Source: Candidatus Saccharimonadota bacterium (GTDB lineage: Bacteria > Patescibacteriota > Gracilibacteria > UBA1369 > 2-02-FULL-48-14). From it: a stretch of DNA of 32,000 bases. Made by a program: the position numbers and the translations under genes. The stretch lies in contig JBAZVE010000001.1 in the NCBI GenBank assembly GCA_041661045.1, forward strand, positions 960,001 to 992,000, written 5' to 3'. A model generated the notes under the pieces. The model worked only from the letters and a program-made list of their open reading frames with translations, was not told the origin of the DNA and ran no database searches. Positions 1-8,301 of this stretch are shown piece after piece (the stretch's first letter is position 1; every line of letters starts with the position of its first letter).

Positions 1-702
1 ACTCTTGAGGGGCCGATCCAAGTGTAGGCTGAAGAAACTGGGAATCCATTCGCGGAGCAGCTGAGCTTCATCCTTTTGCATCAATATTTTTCTACACTCC
101 TCGGTGGAGGCGCAACGGAAGAATTCGAAGGCTTTTCGGTATTTGAGGGGGAGAGGTCGGCAGCCTTCGTTTCGGCATGCTGGGCAGGCCAGAGTTCCGG
201 CACTTTGGTCCCAGTGTGCTTCTGCTTCAATGCTTTGGTGGCAGGCATTGCAGTGTTTGAAACTGGGGAGAAAGCCCAAAAGGTGGGCGAGTTTGATGAG
301 CGCAATGTCCGGCAAAAAGGCGTGCGGGGCGGTATTTAAGCTTTGCAAAGTCTCCTCCAATAGCGTGTAAATTTGAGGCTCCGGATTTTTTTCTTGAAGT
401 CCGCGATCTAAAATCTCTAAAAACACACTGAGCCGTAGCACCCCGTCCACGCTTTCTTTGAGGCGCATGAAACTGTTTTTCACTTGAACGCTTTGAAGGT
501 ACTGATGATGAGTGCTTTTGTAGATACTGCCCTCAATAAGATTCATGGATTCCAAGTGGGCGCGGCGGCGAGAAGCGGGGAGGTTGGCTCCCTTGACCAC
601 CACCTCCATTCGTTCGCCGGCATCGGTGAGCACGGTGAGCATGAGGTCTTTTTCCCCGTATTCTCGTTTCCGTAAAACAATGGCGCGAAGGTTTTGGATC
701 AT
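1..702 (-). CDS. recO: DNA repair protein RecO (3' end / C-terminus outside window)
   Basis: Absent from the ORF track because the frame runs off the window edge. The minus frame from ATG 702-700 is open to position 1 (234 codons; I checked every triplet for stops). Translation MIQNLRAIVLRKREYGEKDLMLTVLTDAGERMEVVVKGANLPASRRRAHLE... fits the RecO N-terminal OB-fold pattern. A 4-Cys zinc motif is present (CNAC...CPAC). The ATG overlaps the ftsX stop (ATGA at 699-702). Confidence 0.8.
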   Translation of the reverse strand, partial: MIQNLRAIVLRKREYGEKDLMLTVLTDAGERMEVVVKGANLPASRRRAHLESMNLIEGSIYKSTHHQYLQSVQVKNSFMRLKESVDGVLRLSVFLEILDRGLQEKNPEPQIYTLLEETLQSLNTAPHAFLPDIALIKLAHLLGFLPSFKHCNACHQSIEAEAHWDQSAGTLACPACRNEGCRPLPLKYRKAFEFFRCASTEECRKILMQKDEAQLLREWIPSFFSLHLDRPLKS

Positions 703-1616
703 GAGTTTTGTAAAACGAGACCCCTTTTGAGATAAACTTTTGTGGCGACAAAACTGGAAAGCACCCCTATTCCCATGGAGATCACCAGCTCTGCGGCAAA
801 GAGCCAGAGCGGACTCCAGTAATTTTGAAAACTCAAGTAGTTGGATAGGGAAGTCCCTTCCAGGAAAAAGACCAATAAAAAGAAACTGAAAAACACCGCC
901 ACCAGGCTGTAAAAGGCTCCTTCAAACAAGAAGGGGAGTTGAATCATTCCATACTTTGCCCCCACCAATTGCATGATTTGAATCTCAGTTTTGCGTGTAA
1001 AAATACTCAGATGAATGGCGTTCATGATCATGAGCAAGGAGCCGAACAAAAAGGTCACCACCACTCCAATAATGAGTTTTTGGGTGAAGTCGGTGACATT
1101 CAAGAGTCGGGCGGCAATCAATTGGTTTTCTCCCGAGCTTTCGGTCCCTTGTAAGAGGTCTGAATATATGGATTCCTTTAAATAATTGAGCACCATTTCA
1201 TGCTGATTTGGGGTTTCTGTGACGATGCGAAGGCTCGCGGGGAGAGGGTTTTCGATTCCGTAACTGGTGAAGGGATCCGTATCTTTTGGGTAGGTCTCCA
1301 AAAACTTCTCCAAGGCTTCACTGCTGCTGGTGAACTCCACACTTTCCACAACGGGCAAGGCTTCCACCTCTTTCACCAGTTGGTTCATTTCGTACGGAGA
1401 CTGTTCATCGTTCAAGTAAATGATGAGATCGATTTTTTGTGCCAGGTCGTCCAAGGTGGAATGGGTGAGCGCATTCAAAACCATGATCACATTAAAAATG
1501 AACAAAATCAGTCCCATCATCACCGTGGTGGCGACGCTGAGCAAAAGATTTCGCCCCATGTTTTGCATGGAAAGGCGAGCGAGTCGTTTTAGATTGTGAG
1601 CAAGTCTTGGGCGCAT
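699..1616 (-). CDS. ftsX: Cell division permease-like protein FtsX
   Basis: 305 aa. N-terminal ...LSMQNMGRNLLLSVATT is followed by TM1, then a ~100-aa extracytoplasmic domain ending NPLPASLRIV (typical of FtsX), then three C-terminal TM helices. No ftsE is adjacent. The start overlaps the upstream gene by 28 nt. Confidence 0.9.
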   Translation of the reverse strand: MRPRLAHNLKRLARLSMQNMGRNLLLSVATTVMMGLILFIFNVIMVLNALTHSTLDDLAQKIDLIIYLNDEQSPYEMNQLVKEVEALPVVESVEFTSSSEALEKFLETYPKDTDPFTSYGIENPLPASLRIVTETPNQHEMVLNYLKESIYSDLLQGTESSGENQLIAARLLNVTDFTQKLIIGVVVTFLFGSLLMIMNAIHLSIFTRKTEIQIMQLVGAKYGMIQLPFLFEGAFYSLVAVFFSFFLLVFFLEGTSLSNYLSFQNYWSPLWLFAAELVISMGIGVLSSFVATKVYLKRGLVLQNS

Positions 1617-2029
1617 AGGGACTGCTTGATGAGTGAACTTTTGAAGGTTTCAGGTTTCCAGGGTTTCAATCGAATGATTTCGATGTTGAGGTTTTCTTTG
1701 ATGAAATAGTTTTCCAGGCCGTAAGTGAATACATATTGATCGTAACCCAAGGCCAGCACAGCCGGAGCGTATTTTTTGATGACGGCATATTTGTCTTCCG
1801 CGTTTCCCAATACGGCACGGCTCACGGCTTTATAATTTTGTACGGCGCGAAGTCGTTTTCTTTCGTTGTACAGCGGGCTGGCTCTTTTTACTTTTTTAAC
1901 CGTTTCATCTCGGGCCACTACCACAATCAATTCATCGCCGAGCGCGCGAGCTTGGTCCAAATAATTTTCATGTCCCGCATGAAAAAAATCAAAAGTACCA
2001 AAGGCCATAATGACTTTAGAAGTTTGCAT
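1589..2029 (-). CDS. Cytidylyltransferase-family nucleotidyltransferase, RibL-like FMN adenylyltransferase (FAD synthase)
   Basis: HxGH nucleotidyltransferase motif GTFDFFHAGH, followed by LGDELIVVVARDETVKKVK. From memory this closely matches archaeal RibL (~150 aa). The ORF extends to 2089, but that N-terminus (MARSRSSSSS...) overlaps the upstream gene. ATG 2029 (MQTSKVIMAFGTFD) gives the expected ~146 aa. Confidence 0.7.
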   Translation of the reverse strand: MQTSKVIMAFGTFDFFHAGHENYLDQARALGDELIVVVARDETVKKVKRASPLYNERKRLRAVQNYKAVSRAVLGNAEDKYAVIKKYAPAVLALGYDQYVFTYGLENYFIKENLNIEIIRLKPWKPETFKSSLIKQSLCAQDLLTI

Positions 2030-2327
2030 CGGAGAGGCCAAAATTAAAATAAAGAGCGGTGAGGAAGAAGAGGAACGCGAACGAGCCACAAGTGATGAAG
2101 GATTTTTTGAGGTCTCCTACAATGGGTTCGAGCGCGAGCGAAAAGCGAGCGCTTCCATACACCAAGGCGGCGAGCAAAAAGGGGAGGTCCAAAACATTGA
2201 AGATCAAGGTGTCCGCTCGGTTTATGGCTCCATTGGCCATGAGCAGCGAGGTCCCAATATGCAGCGCACCAAAAAACACAAAAAAATAGAGTGAAACCTG
2301 GGCCAAATTTTGCACAATTTTCTGCAT
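2016..2327 (-). CDS. Small integral membrane protein, unknown function
   Basis: 103 aa with three hydrophobic helices (VSLYFFVFFGALHIGTSLLM, VLDLPFLLAALVYG, CGSFAFLFFLTALYF). First gene of a co-directional string (membrane protein, RibL-like, ftsX, recO), preceded by a promoter-like motif. Confidence 0.5.
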   Translation of the reverse strand: MQKIVQNLAQVSLYFFVFFGALHIGTSLLMANGAINRADTLIFNVLDLPFLLAALVYGSARFSLALEPIVGDLKKSFITCGSFAFLFFLTALYFNFGLSDANF

Positions 2328-2333
2328 GCGCCC

Positions 2334-2362
2334 AGTATAGCTAGCTTATAGAGAAACTTCAA
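2334..2362 (-). promoter_or_regulatory. sigma70-like promoter TTGAAG-N17-TATACT, only 6 nt upstream of ATG 2327 (possible leaderless transcript)
   Basis: Reverse complement of 2325-2362 reads ttgaag tttctctataagctagc tatact gggcgc atg. The spacer is exactly 17 nt and the -10 matches consensus at 5/6. Confidence 0.4.
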
Positions 2363-2420
2363 TAAACTTCTGGGACAGAACTGACCGAAGGTCTCAGAAA
2401 TTTTGGCAGCTATTTTGTTG

Positions 2421-2837
2421 TTAATGCATGATGGGGCCTAGAAAGCCGCATTCATGTAGATTTTCATTATTTTCCTCACTTGTGATCCTATGTTGTGAAA
2501 GTGTTTTCCTTGCTTCATCGGGGCCATTCATGCATACCCATAAAGCAAATTTTAGTGTGTGAGGGGAATGAGGCAATGTTGCTTCAAATTGATCGCCAAA
2601 AAACTCAGCTGGAACAGCTATTAAATGTATGCGACTATCAGAATCCCGAAGCAATTCCTCTATTTTAGATAGATCTGAATGTCCAAGTTGATTAAATATA
2701 TCTACAAAGAACTGTGAGACCGTCCCAGCATTGTTGTACTGAGCTTGTTGAATTGCTTCTTCGAGTATACGGAGTGCTCGTTGAATTCCTTCAATTTCTT
2801 CAGGTGAAAATGATTCAGTTCCTTGGTGATCAATCAT
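2421..2837 (-). CDS. Hypothetical protein (orphan, lower-GC patch)
   Basis: 138-aa ORF with ATG start and no motif I recognise. By eye the region has clearly lower GC and more A/T-ending codons than the flanking genes. Confidence 0.55.
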   Translation of the reverse strand: MIDHQGTESFSPEEIEGIQRALRILEEAIQQAQYNNAGTVSQFFVDIFNQLGHSDLSKIEELLRDSDSRIHLIAVPAEFFGDQFEATLPHSPHTLKFALWVCMNGPDEARKTLSQHRITSEENNENLHECGFLGPIMH

Positions 2838-2884
2838 GATTTTTTTGTGATGTTTTATACTTCTTCTTCCTCCATTTCATCAAG

Positions 2885-3262
2885 TTAAGCTAAGACTCTT
2901 AATTTGAGCTTTACCCATTCTTGATAATCCTTGACATCAACATTTAAACTGGTTTCGAACAATTTAAGCCACTCTCTTGACACCTTGCGATCTCTTTGCC
3001 ACGCGTTTTCCCAGTCAGGGTGATCCATTGGCACACTCCTTATTAACATACGAAATGTTTCCTCGGGTACATTTTGCCAACCTATTCTTGTTTGTCCTAT
3101 GAGGGCGGAATATCTTTGCAAAATAGCAGTTCTTTGTTCTTGAGGAGTTTGTTCATCAGTTACTATTGCTAGATCGGCTTCTGCTTGATCTAAGGATGCA
3201 TGGATTTTGCTAATCCCATCCTGAATTTCTGGAGATAGTGGGGTCTCAGATAAAGTGGGCAT
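2885..3262 (-). CDS. Hypothetical protein (orphan, lower-GC patch)
   Basis: The ORF extends to a TTG at 3289, but that codon lies inside the predicted -10 element. ATG 3262 (MPTLSETPL...) sits ~20 nt downstream of the predicted transcription start. No recognisable domain. Confidence 0.55.
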   Translation of the reverse strand: MPTLSETPLSPEIQDGISKIHASLDQAEADLAIVTDEQTPQEQRTAILQRYSALIGQTRIGWQNVPEETFRMLIRSVPMDHPDWENAWQRDRKVSREWLKLFETSLNVDVKDYQEWVKLKLRVLA

Positions 3263-3288
3263 ATTGATGAGTTTAAAGGTAAGATGCA

Positions 3289-3317
3289 ATTAAAGCATAT
3301 ACTTGGAAATGTGTCAA
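3289..3317 (-). promoter_or_regulatory. sigma70-like promoter TTGACA-N17-TTTAAT for the two orphan ORFs
   Basis: Reverse complement of 3289-3317 reads ttgaca catttccaagtatatgc tttaat: a perfect -35, a 17-nt spacer and a 5/6 -10. Confidence 0.45.
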
Positions 3318-3519
3318 GGAAAATCACTCAGCCCTTCTAGGGGCTTCCTAAAACGCCACCAGCTCTGCTGGTGGATATTTACTGTATTGGTTAATATTAA
3401 GCCACTTCAATTATATCAGAAGTGAGCAGAGGCAATAATACTTTCTGCATAATCTTTTGAATTTACCTTGAAGCCCTCGGCCTCTCAGTATAGAGTTTGC
3501 GCGAAGTGACCTTACACAT

Positions 3520-3810
3520 ATGAAGCTTACAAAAGAACAGATCGAGAAAATTGCGCAGCTGGCGAGGCTTCGTTTGAGTGAGGAAGAAATGGAACGGTAT
3601 GCGGATCAGCTCACCACTATTTTGAATTATGTGGATATGTTGAAGGAGCTCGATACTGCGGGTGTGCCGGAGACTTCTCAGGTCACAGGGCTCACCAGCG
3701 TGACTCGTGAAGATGAGGGTCGAGGATCCTTAGCCACTCCCGATGAACTTTTGGCCTGCAGCCCGCTTGAAAAGGTGGACCATCAAATACGCATTAAACG
3801 CATTATGTAA
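3520..3810 (+). CDS. gatC: Asp/Glu-tRNA(Asn/Gln) amidotransferase subunit C
   Basis: 96 aa, MKLTKEQIEKIAQLARLRLSEEEMERYADQLTTILNYVDML...: the canonical GatC pattern. Located directly upstream of gatA. Confidence 0.95.
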   Translation: MKLTKEQIEKIAQLARLRLSEEEMERYADQLTTILNYVDMLKELDTAGVPETSQVTGLTSVTREDEGRGSLATPDELLACSPLEKVDHQIRIKRIM

Positions 3811-3824
3811 AGCGACACCACTCT

Positions 3825-5285
3825 ATGGACTTAAACTGGCTTTCCATCGTCGAAGCACACCAAGGCTTACAAGAAAAAAAGTTCTCTGCGGAGGACTTGC
3901 TGGATGCGTGCTTGGCTCAGATTGAAAAAGGCAAAGTTTTAAATAATTTTGTGACAGTGGCGGAAGCATCGGCGCGTGCCCGGGCAAAGGAAGTGGATGC
4001 CAAGATTGCGCGCGGAGAGAAAATTGGAATCTTGGAAGGAATTCCTGCCGGTATTAAAGATTTATTCTGTACCAAGGGAGTTCGGACCACGGCATCTTCT
4101 CATATCCTCGAAAACTTTGTTCCCCCCTACGAATCCACAGCAACAAAGCGACTTGAAGCGGCCGGTTACATTCTTATGGGAAAAACCAATTTGGATGAAT
4201 TTGCGTGTGGGGCTTCCACGGAGAGTTCTTATTTTGGACCCAGTTTGAATCCTTGGAATAAAGAGTGTGTGGCCGGAGGCAGCTCGGGAGGTTCCGCCTC
4301 GGCTGTGGCGGCGGGTCAGAGTTTCTTCTCACTCGGAACGGATACGGGAGGTTCTATTCGTCAGCCTGCTTCCTTGTGCGGATGCGTGGGGCTCAAGGTT
4401 ACTTACGGTCGCGTGAGTCGTTTTGGAGTGATTGCACTGGCTTCCAGTTGGGACACCGTGGGAACTTTTTCTCGAACCGTGGAAGATGCCGCGATTCTTA
4501 TGAATATTATTGCCGGGCCTGATCCTTATGATTCCACCACTCCTCAAGTGGCGGTGCCGGATTATACGGCGGATCTCGGCAAAGGCGTGAAGGGTCTGCG
4601 CATTGGAGTGCCCAAGGAATATTTTGGAGAGGGAGTGGATGAGGAGGTTCGTCAGGTGGTAATGGCGGCGATTAAGAAATATGAGGAGCTTGGCGCCACG
4701 GTTAAGGAGGTGAGCCTGCCCATGACCAAATATGGAGTGGCCGTTTACTATGTCACTATGCCCACCGAGCTTTCCACCAACTTGGCTCGATTTGATGGGT
4801 TGCGCTTTGGTCACGGAGCTGAGGGGGGTGCGGAGGATTTGGCGAACTATTACAAGACCAGTCGAGGAGAAGGCTTTGGGGCTGAGATCAAGCGCCGCAT
4901 TATGGTGGGAACTTTCGTGTCCTCCGCCGGCTACGCCGACGCGTATTACAAACAGGCTCAGCGCGCCCGCACCTTGATCATCAAAGATTTTGAACAAGCT
5001 TTTGAAGGAGTGGATGTGCTCATGGCTCCGGTTTCGCCCACGCCCGCCTTTAAGGTGGGTGAAAAGGCCAGCAATCCTTTGGCCATGTATCTTGCGGATG
5101 CCTTGGCGATTCCCGCTTCCGCGGCCGGAGTGCCCGCCATTTCTTTGCCCTGTGGATTTACCGCCGGCGGTTTGCCCGTGGGCCTCCAGATCATTGGGCC
5201 CATGTGGAGCGAAGCCCGCATTTTACAAACAGCGGCGGCGTATGAACAGGCGACCGAGTGGAACAAGATGCAGCCAAAGATTTAG
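3825..5285 (+). CDS. gatA: Asp/Glu-tRNA(Asn/Gln) amidotransferase subunit A
   Basis: 486 aa with the amidase signature GGSSGGSASAVAAG...GTDTGGSIRQPAS. Typical GatA length and N-terminus. Confidence 0.97.
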   Translation: MDLNWLSIVEAHQGLQEKKFSAEDLLDACLAQIEKGKVLNNFVTVAEASARARAKEVDAKIARGEKIGILEGIPAGIKDLFCTKGVRTTASSHILENFVPPYESTATKRLEAAGYILMGKTNLDEFACGASTESSYFGPSLNPWNKECVAGGSSGGSASAVAAGQSFFSLGTDTGGSIRQPASLCGCVGLKVTYGRVSRFGVIALASSWDTVGTFSRTVEDAAILMNIIAGPDPYDSTTPQVAVPDYTADLGKGVKGLRIGVPKEYFGEGVDEEVRQVVMAAIKKYEELGATVKEVSLPMTKYGVAVYYVTMPTELSTNLARFDGLRFGHGAEGGAEDLANYYKTSRGEGFGAEIKRRIMVGTFVSSAGYADAYYKQAQRARTLIIKDFEQAFEGVDVLMAPVSPTPAFKVGEKASNPLAMYLADALAIPASAAGVPAISLPCGFTAGGLPVGLQIIGPMWSEARILQTAAAYEQATEWNKMQPKI

Positions 5286-5288
5286 ACC

Positions 5289-5915
5289 ATGAAACTCTAC
5301 CTTTCTTCCTACAAGCTCGGTGATGAAACTGAAACGCTTAAAAAGTGGTTGGCTTTTGGTGATGGGAGGGTTGGCTATATCCCAGACGCTTTCGACTTTA
5401 TTGGTATGCCACCGGAGAATCGTGTGAAACATATGGATTTTGATATGAATGAGCTCAAGGCTTTGGGTTTGAGCGTGGAGGTGCTGGATTTGCGAGATTA
5501 CTTTGGAAAAAAAGAAGCACTTCGCGAAAAGCTTGCAGAGCTTGATGGGCTCTGGGTGAGTGGTGGTAATACTTTTGTGCTTCGGCAGGCTATGCGACTT
5601 TCCGGCTTTGATGAACTTGTAGGTGAATTGGCCAAGCGAAAAGATTTTGTGTACGGCGGCTATAGCGCAGCCTGTTGTGTGCTCTCGCCGACTTTGAAAG
5701 GCTTGCAGATTGTGGATGACCCCAATAACCATCCCTATGAAGGCTTGAAGGAAACTATCTGGGAAGGATTGGGGCTCATTGACTACGCTTTTCTTCCTCA
5801 TTTTGATTCCGACCATCCGGAGTCCGAAGACATCGATAAAGAGGTGGCTTACTGCACAGAGAATGGTATTCCGTTTAAGACGGTGCGGGATGGAGAGGTG
5901 ATTCTTGTGGCTTGA
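5289..5915 (+). CDS. Peptidase S51 family (dipeptidase E-like / type 1 glutamine amidotransferase-like)
   Basis: 208 aa. [13 protein letters not shown] and GGYSAACCV (nucleophile Ser context) plus LPHFDS resemble the PepE Ser-His-Glu family layout. Starts 3 nt after the gatA stop. Confidence 0.75.
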   Translation: MKLYLSSYKLGDETETLKKWLAFGDGRVGYIPDAFDFIGMPPENRVKHMDFDMNELKALGLSVEVLDLRDYFGKKEALREKLAELDGLWVSGGNTFVLRQAMRLSGFDELVGELAKRKDFVYGGYSAACCVLSPTLKGLQIVDDPNNHPYEGLKETIWEGLGLIDYAFLPHFDSDHPESEDIDKEVAYCTENGIPFKTVRDGEVILVA

Positions 5916-5928
5916 GTTTTTGTCACCA

Positions 5929-6681
5929 TTAATCTTCCTCCCTGCGGGTGGCGTTGCCGGCGAATTCCCAGGCCATCATGAAGATGGCGCGTTGGGTGTT
6001 GGCGATTTCCGGGCTTTCGATGATCATGCCCACCACTTCATTTTTACCGAAAGAGACGATGGAGATCTTGTCGTCGTAAATATTGATTTCATTGGAAAAG
6101 GCAAAGGAGCCTGCTTTTACTAGACGGATTTCGCGGTGTTTTTTTTCATTTTCAGCGGCCACCCGTTCACCGTGCTCATCGAGAGGGGCAATTCCGCGGA
6201 GGTAAATGCGGCGTTTTACGCGTTCATTCACATAATCTTTATCGTAGGTGGGCCAGTGCTCGCGGATGGATTTGGAGTCCGCGTAGTTTAGGATTTCCGT
6301 TTTTGTGGAAAGCGTATCAGCATAGACTTTTTTGACCCCTTCGATGCCCTCGTAATAACGGATGCGTGGAATATAGGTGCTGCCGTGGAGGCGGCGAAGA
6401 TCTGGGAGGGCCTCTTTAAACTCCAAGTATTTTTGCCGGAAATCCATTCGTAAAAGGTCGGGTTCGGTGGCCGTAAAGGTTTTGATGCGGTTTTTGATGG
6501 CCTGGCTGATGTAGCCTCGTTCCATAAGTTTTTGCAGGACATCGTAGGTACTCACGCGGTTGAGTTTGGCTCGCAAGGCGATTTCGGAAGCCGGGGAGGG
6601 GCCGAGTTCAAGAGCAGCCAAATAGACTTTAGATTCTTTTGCATTGAGCCCGATGTTGTTCAGAACATTTTGAAGGTTCAT
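5929..6681 (-). CDS. TrmB-family transcriptional regulator
   Basis: 250 aa. The N-terminal winged helix [49 protein letters not shown] is typical of TrmB-like regulators. Divergent from glnA. Confidence 0.85.
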   Translation of the reverse strand: MNLQNVLNNIGLNAKESKVYLAALELGPSPASEIALRAKLNRVSTYDVLQKLMERGYISQAIKNRIKTFTATEPDLLRMDFRQKYLEFKEALPDLRRLHGSTYIPRIRYYEGIEGVKKVYADTLSTKTEILNYADSKSIREHWPTYDKDYVNERVKRRIYLRGIAPLDEHGERVAAENEKKHREIRLVKAGSFAFSNEINIYDDKISIVSFGKNEVVGMIIESPEIANTQRAIFMMAWEFAGNATRREED

Positions 6682-6732
6682 TGTAAATGCGGTTTTTGTT
6701 GTAGAAAATTTCGACAGTCGTTCGGAGGAATC

Positions 6733-6761
6733 AGCATAGTGCGTTTTTTCACTCAGGTCAA
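6733..6761 (-). promoter_or_regulatory. Candidate sigma70-like promoter TTGACC-N17-TATGCT for the TrmB-family gene
   Basis: Reverse complement of 6733-6761 reads ttgacc tgagtgaaaaaacgcac tatgct. Leader of ~45 nt to ATG 6681. Confidence 0.35.
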
Positions 6762-6867
6762 ATGGCGGTGTTGCACTGTTTCAACAGCTCAAAAAGGGCT
6801 TATTAAAGGCTCTTGCACAACGCAGAGGGGTCCATTAAAACGGTACCGTATTTAACCCCTTCACCCC

Positions 6868-8301
6868 ATGGATGCTCTTATTTCTTCCCCCGCGATTTCG
6901 GCACAGAAATCGGTGAGGGCGCTTGTGCGAGAACATGCATACACCCAGTTTCCCCGTAACAATGTGAGCAAGCTCATGATTATGGAATTGGTTGAAGAGT
7001 ATGGTGTTCAGTTTGTGGATATGCAGTTCACGGATATGGACGGAGTGCTCAAGGCCGTGACGCTCCCGGTTCACAAGTTGGAGGATGCCCTGGATAACAA
7101 TGTGTGGTTCGACGGATCTTCCATCAGTGGGTTTACCGCCATCACGGAATCCGACATGATGCTGAAACCGGATTTGGATACTTTTTCAATTTTGCCTTGG
7201 ACGGTGGGCAACGAAGACCCCACCGCTCGATTGATTTGTGATGTATTGAATCCTGATGGCAGCCCTTTTGAGGGAGACCCTCGTTTCATTTTGCGCAAAC
7301 AGATGGAAGAAGCGGCGAAGCTTGGGCTCAAACCCTTTATGGGGCCTGAATTGGAATTTTTCCTTTTTGAATTGGATGCGGAGGGAAACCCGACGCTCAC
7401 CCCTCACGACAGTGCGGGATATTTTGATCAATACAGTGACAAGGCTTTGGCCTTAAGGAGGGAAATGTCCTTTGCTTTGGACATGATGGGAATTGAAATT
7501 GAACGGATGCATCACGAAGTGGCGGCGGGGCAAAGTGAAATCAACTTTAAATACTCGGATTCCTTGCACACTGCGGACAATGCCCTCACCTTTAAATTTA
7601 CGCTCAAGGCTTTGGCCAAAAAACACGGACTCCATGCTTCCTTTATGCCCAAGCCGATTTTCGGGATCAATGGCAGTGGTATGCATGTGCATCAGTCGCT
7701 TTCCTCCATTACGGATGGGGCGAATCAATTTTATGATGAAAAGGGGAAGTATGGACTCTCCGCCCTTGCTCAGAGTTACATTGCCGGGCAGCTCCAGCAC
7801 ATTCGAGCGATGAATGCGGTGATGAATCCCATTGTGAATTCCTACAAACGATTGGTGGTGGGCTATGAGGCGCCGGTGAATGCTGCGTGGGGACAAAGGA
7901 ACCGATCCGCTTTGATTCGTGTTCCCCGAGTGAGCCCTGCGGTGGCCAGCAAAGGCGCGCGGATTGAGCTTCGTTGTCCGGACCCTGCTTCCAACCCTTA
8001 CTTGGCCTTTGCGGTGATGCTTGCGGCGGGGCTGGATGGAATTAAAAAAGGTTTGGTGGCGCCCGCTCCGGTGGAAGAAAATATTTGGGAGCTGGATTCC
8101 AAACAAATGAAAAAAATGGGCATCAGCACCGTGGCTGGCACGCTTAAGGAAGCCTTGGATGCACTCGAAAAAGACGAAGTGATTCGCGCTGCGCTGGGGG
8201 AGAGCACTTTTGAAAAATTCCATGCCTCAAAAACCGCAGAGTGGGAATCTTTCCGCACCAGCGTTTCTCAATGGGAAACCGATCGGTATTTGGACTGCTA
8301 G
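6868..8301 (+). CDS. glnA: Glutamine synthetase, type I (alpha-like)
   Basis: VQFVDMQFTDMDGVLK N-domain, then FMPKP...GSGMHVHQSL and NRSALIRVP motifs. At the position of the E. coli adenylylation loop NLYDLP this protein reads NIWELD (Trp, not Tyr). The first ~35 aa have no GS counterpart, so alternative starts GTG 6964, ATG 6976 or ATG 6982 are possible. Confidence 0.95.
   Translation: MDALISSPAISAQKSVRALVREHAYTQFPRNNVSKLMIMELVEEYGVQFVDMQFTDMDGVLKAVTLPVHKLEDALDNNVWFDGSSISGFTAITESDMMLKPDLDTFSILPWTVGNEDPTARLICDVLNPDGSPFEGDPRFILRKQMEEAAKLGLKPFMGPELEFFLFELDAEGNPTLTPHDSAGYFDQYSDKALALRREMSFALDMMGIEIERMHHEVAAGQSEINFKYSDSLHTADNALTFKFTLKALAKKHGLHASFMPKPIFGINGSGMHVHQSLSSITDGANQFYDEKGKYGLSALAQSYIAGQLQHIRAMNAVMNPIVNSYKRLVVGYEAPVNAAWGQRNRSALIRVPRVSPAVASKGARIELRCPDPASNPYLAFAVMLAAGLDGIKKGLVAPAPVEENIWELDSKQMKKMGISTVAGTLKEALDALEKDEVIRAALGESTFEKFHASKTAEWESFRTSVSQWETDRYLDC

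Noticed and set aside
76-751. Track ORFs 76-339(+), 81-305(-), 104-370(+), 484-675(+), 533-751(-), 545-730(+)
   Set aside because: All lie inside the RecO reading frame (minus strand, phase ending at position 1). Their translations are low-complexity or Arg/Pro-rich junk, whereas the RecO frame gives a recognisable protein.
3330-3374. Two short GC-rich hairpins (agccc-ttctag-gggct; ccaccagc-tct-gctggtgg) between the orphan pair and gatC
   Set aside because: They lie upstream of both divergent units, so they are not terminators. I can recognise no riboswitch or attenuator context, so I leave them as unexplained minor structure.
3468-3494. Possible gatC promoter TTGAAG ... TATAGA
   Set aside because: The spacer is only 15 nt. 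An alternative, TTGGTT-N16-AATTAT at 3387-3414, is weak. Neither is convincing enough to report.
4329-4997. 222-aa antisense ORF within gatA (likewise 4958-5266 and 5223-5816, opposite gatA and the S51 gene)
   Set aside because: These are shadow ORFs opposite confidently identified genes. Their translations are Arg/Ser/His-rich with no motif.
6813-6841. Possible glnA promoter TTGCAC-N17-TAAAAC
   Set aside because: The -10 lacks the conserved final T and matches only 4/6, so it is not distinguishable from chance.
7453-8223. 256-aa antisense ORF within glnA
   Set aside because: Shadow ORF. The glnA frame carries unmistakable GS motifs, and the antisense product is His/Arg-rich nonsense.
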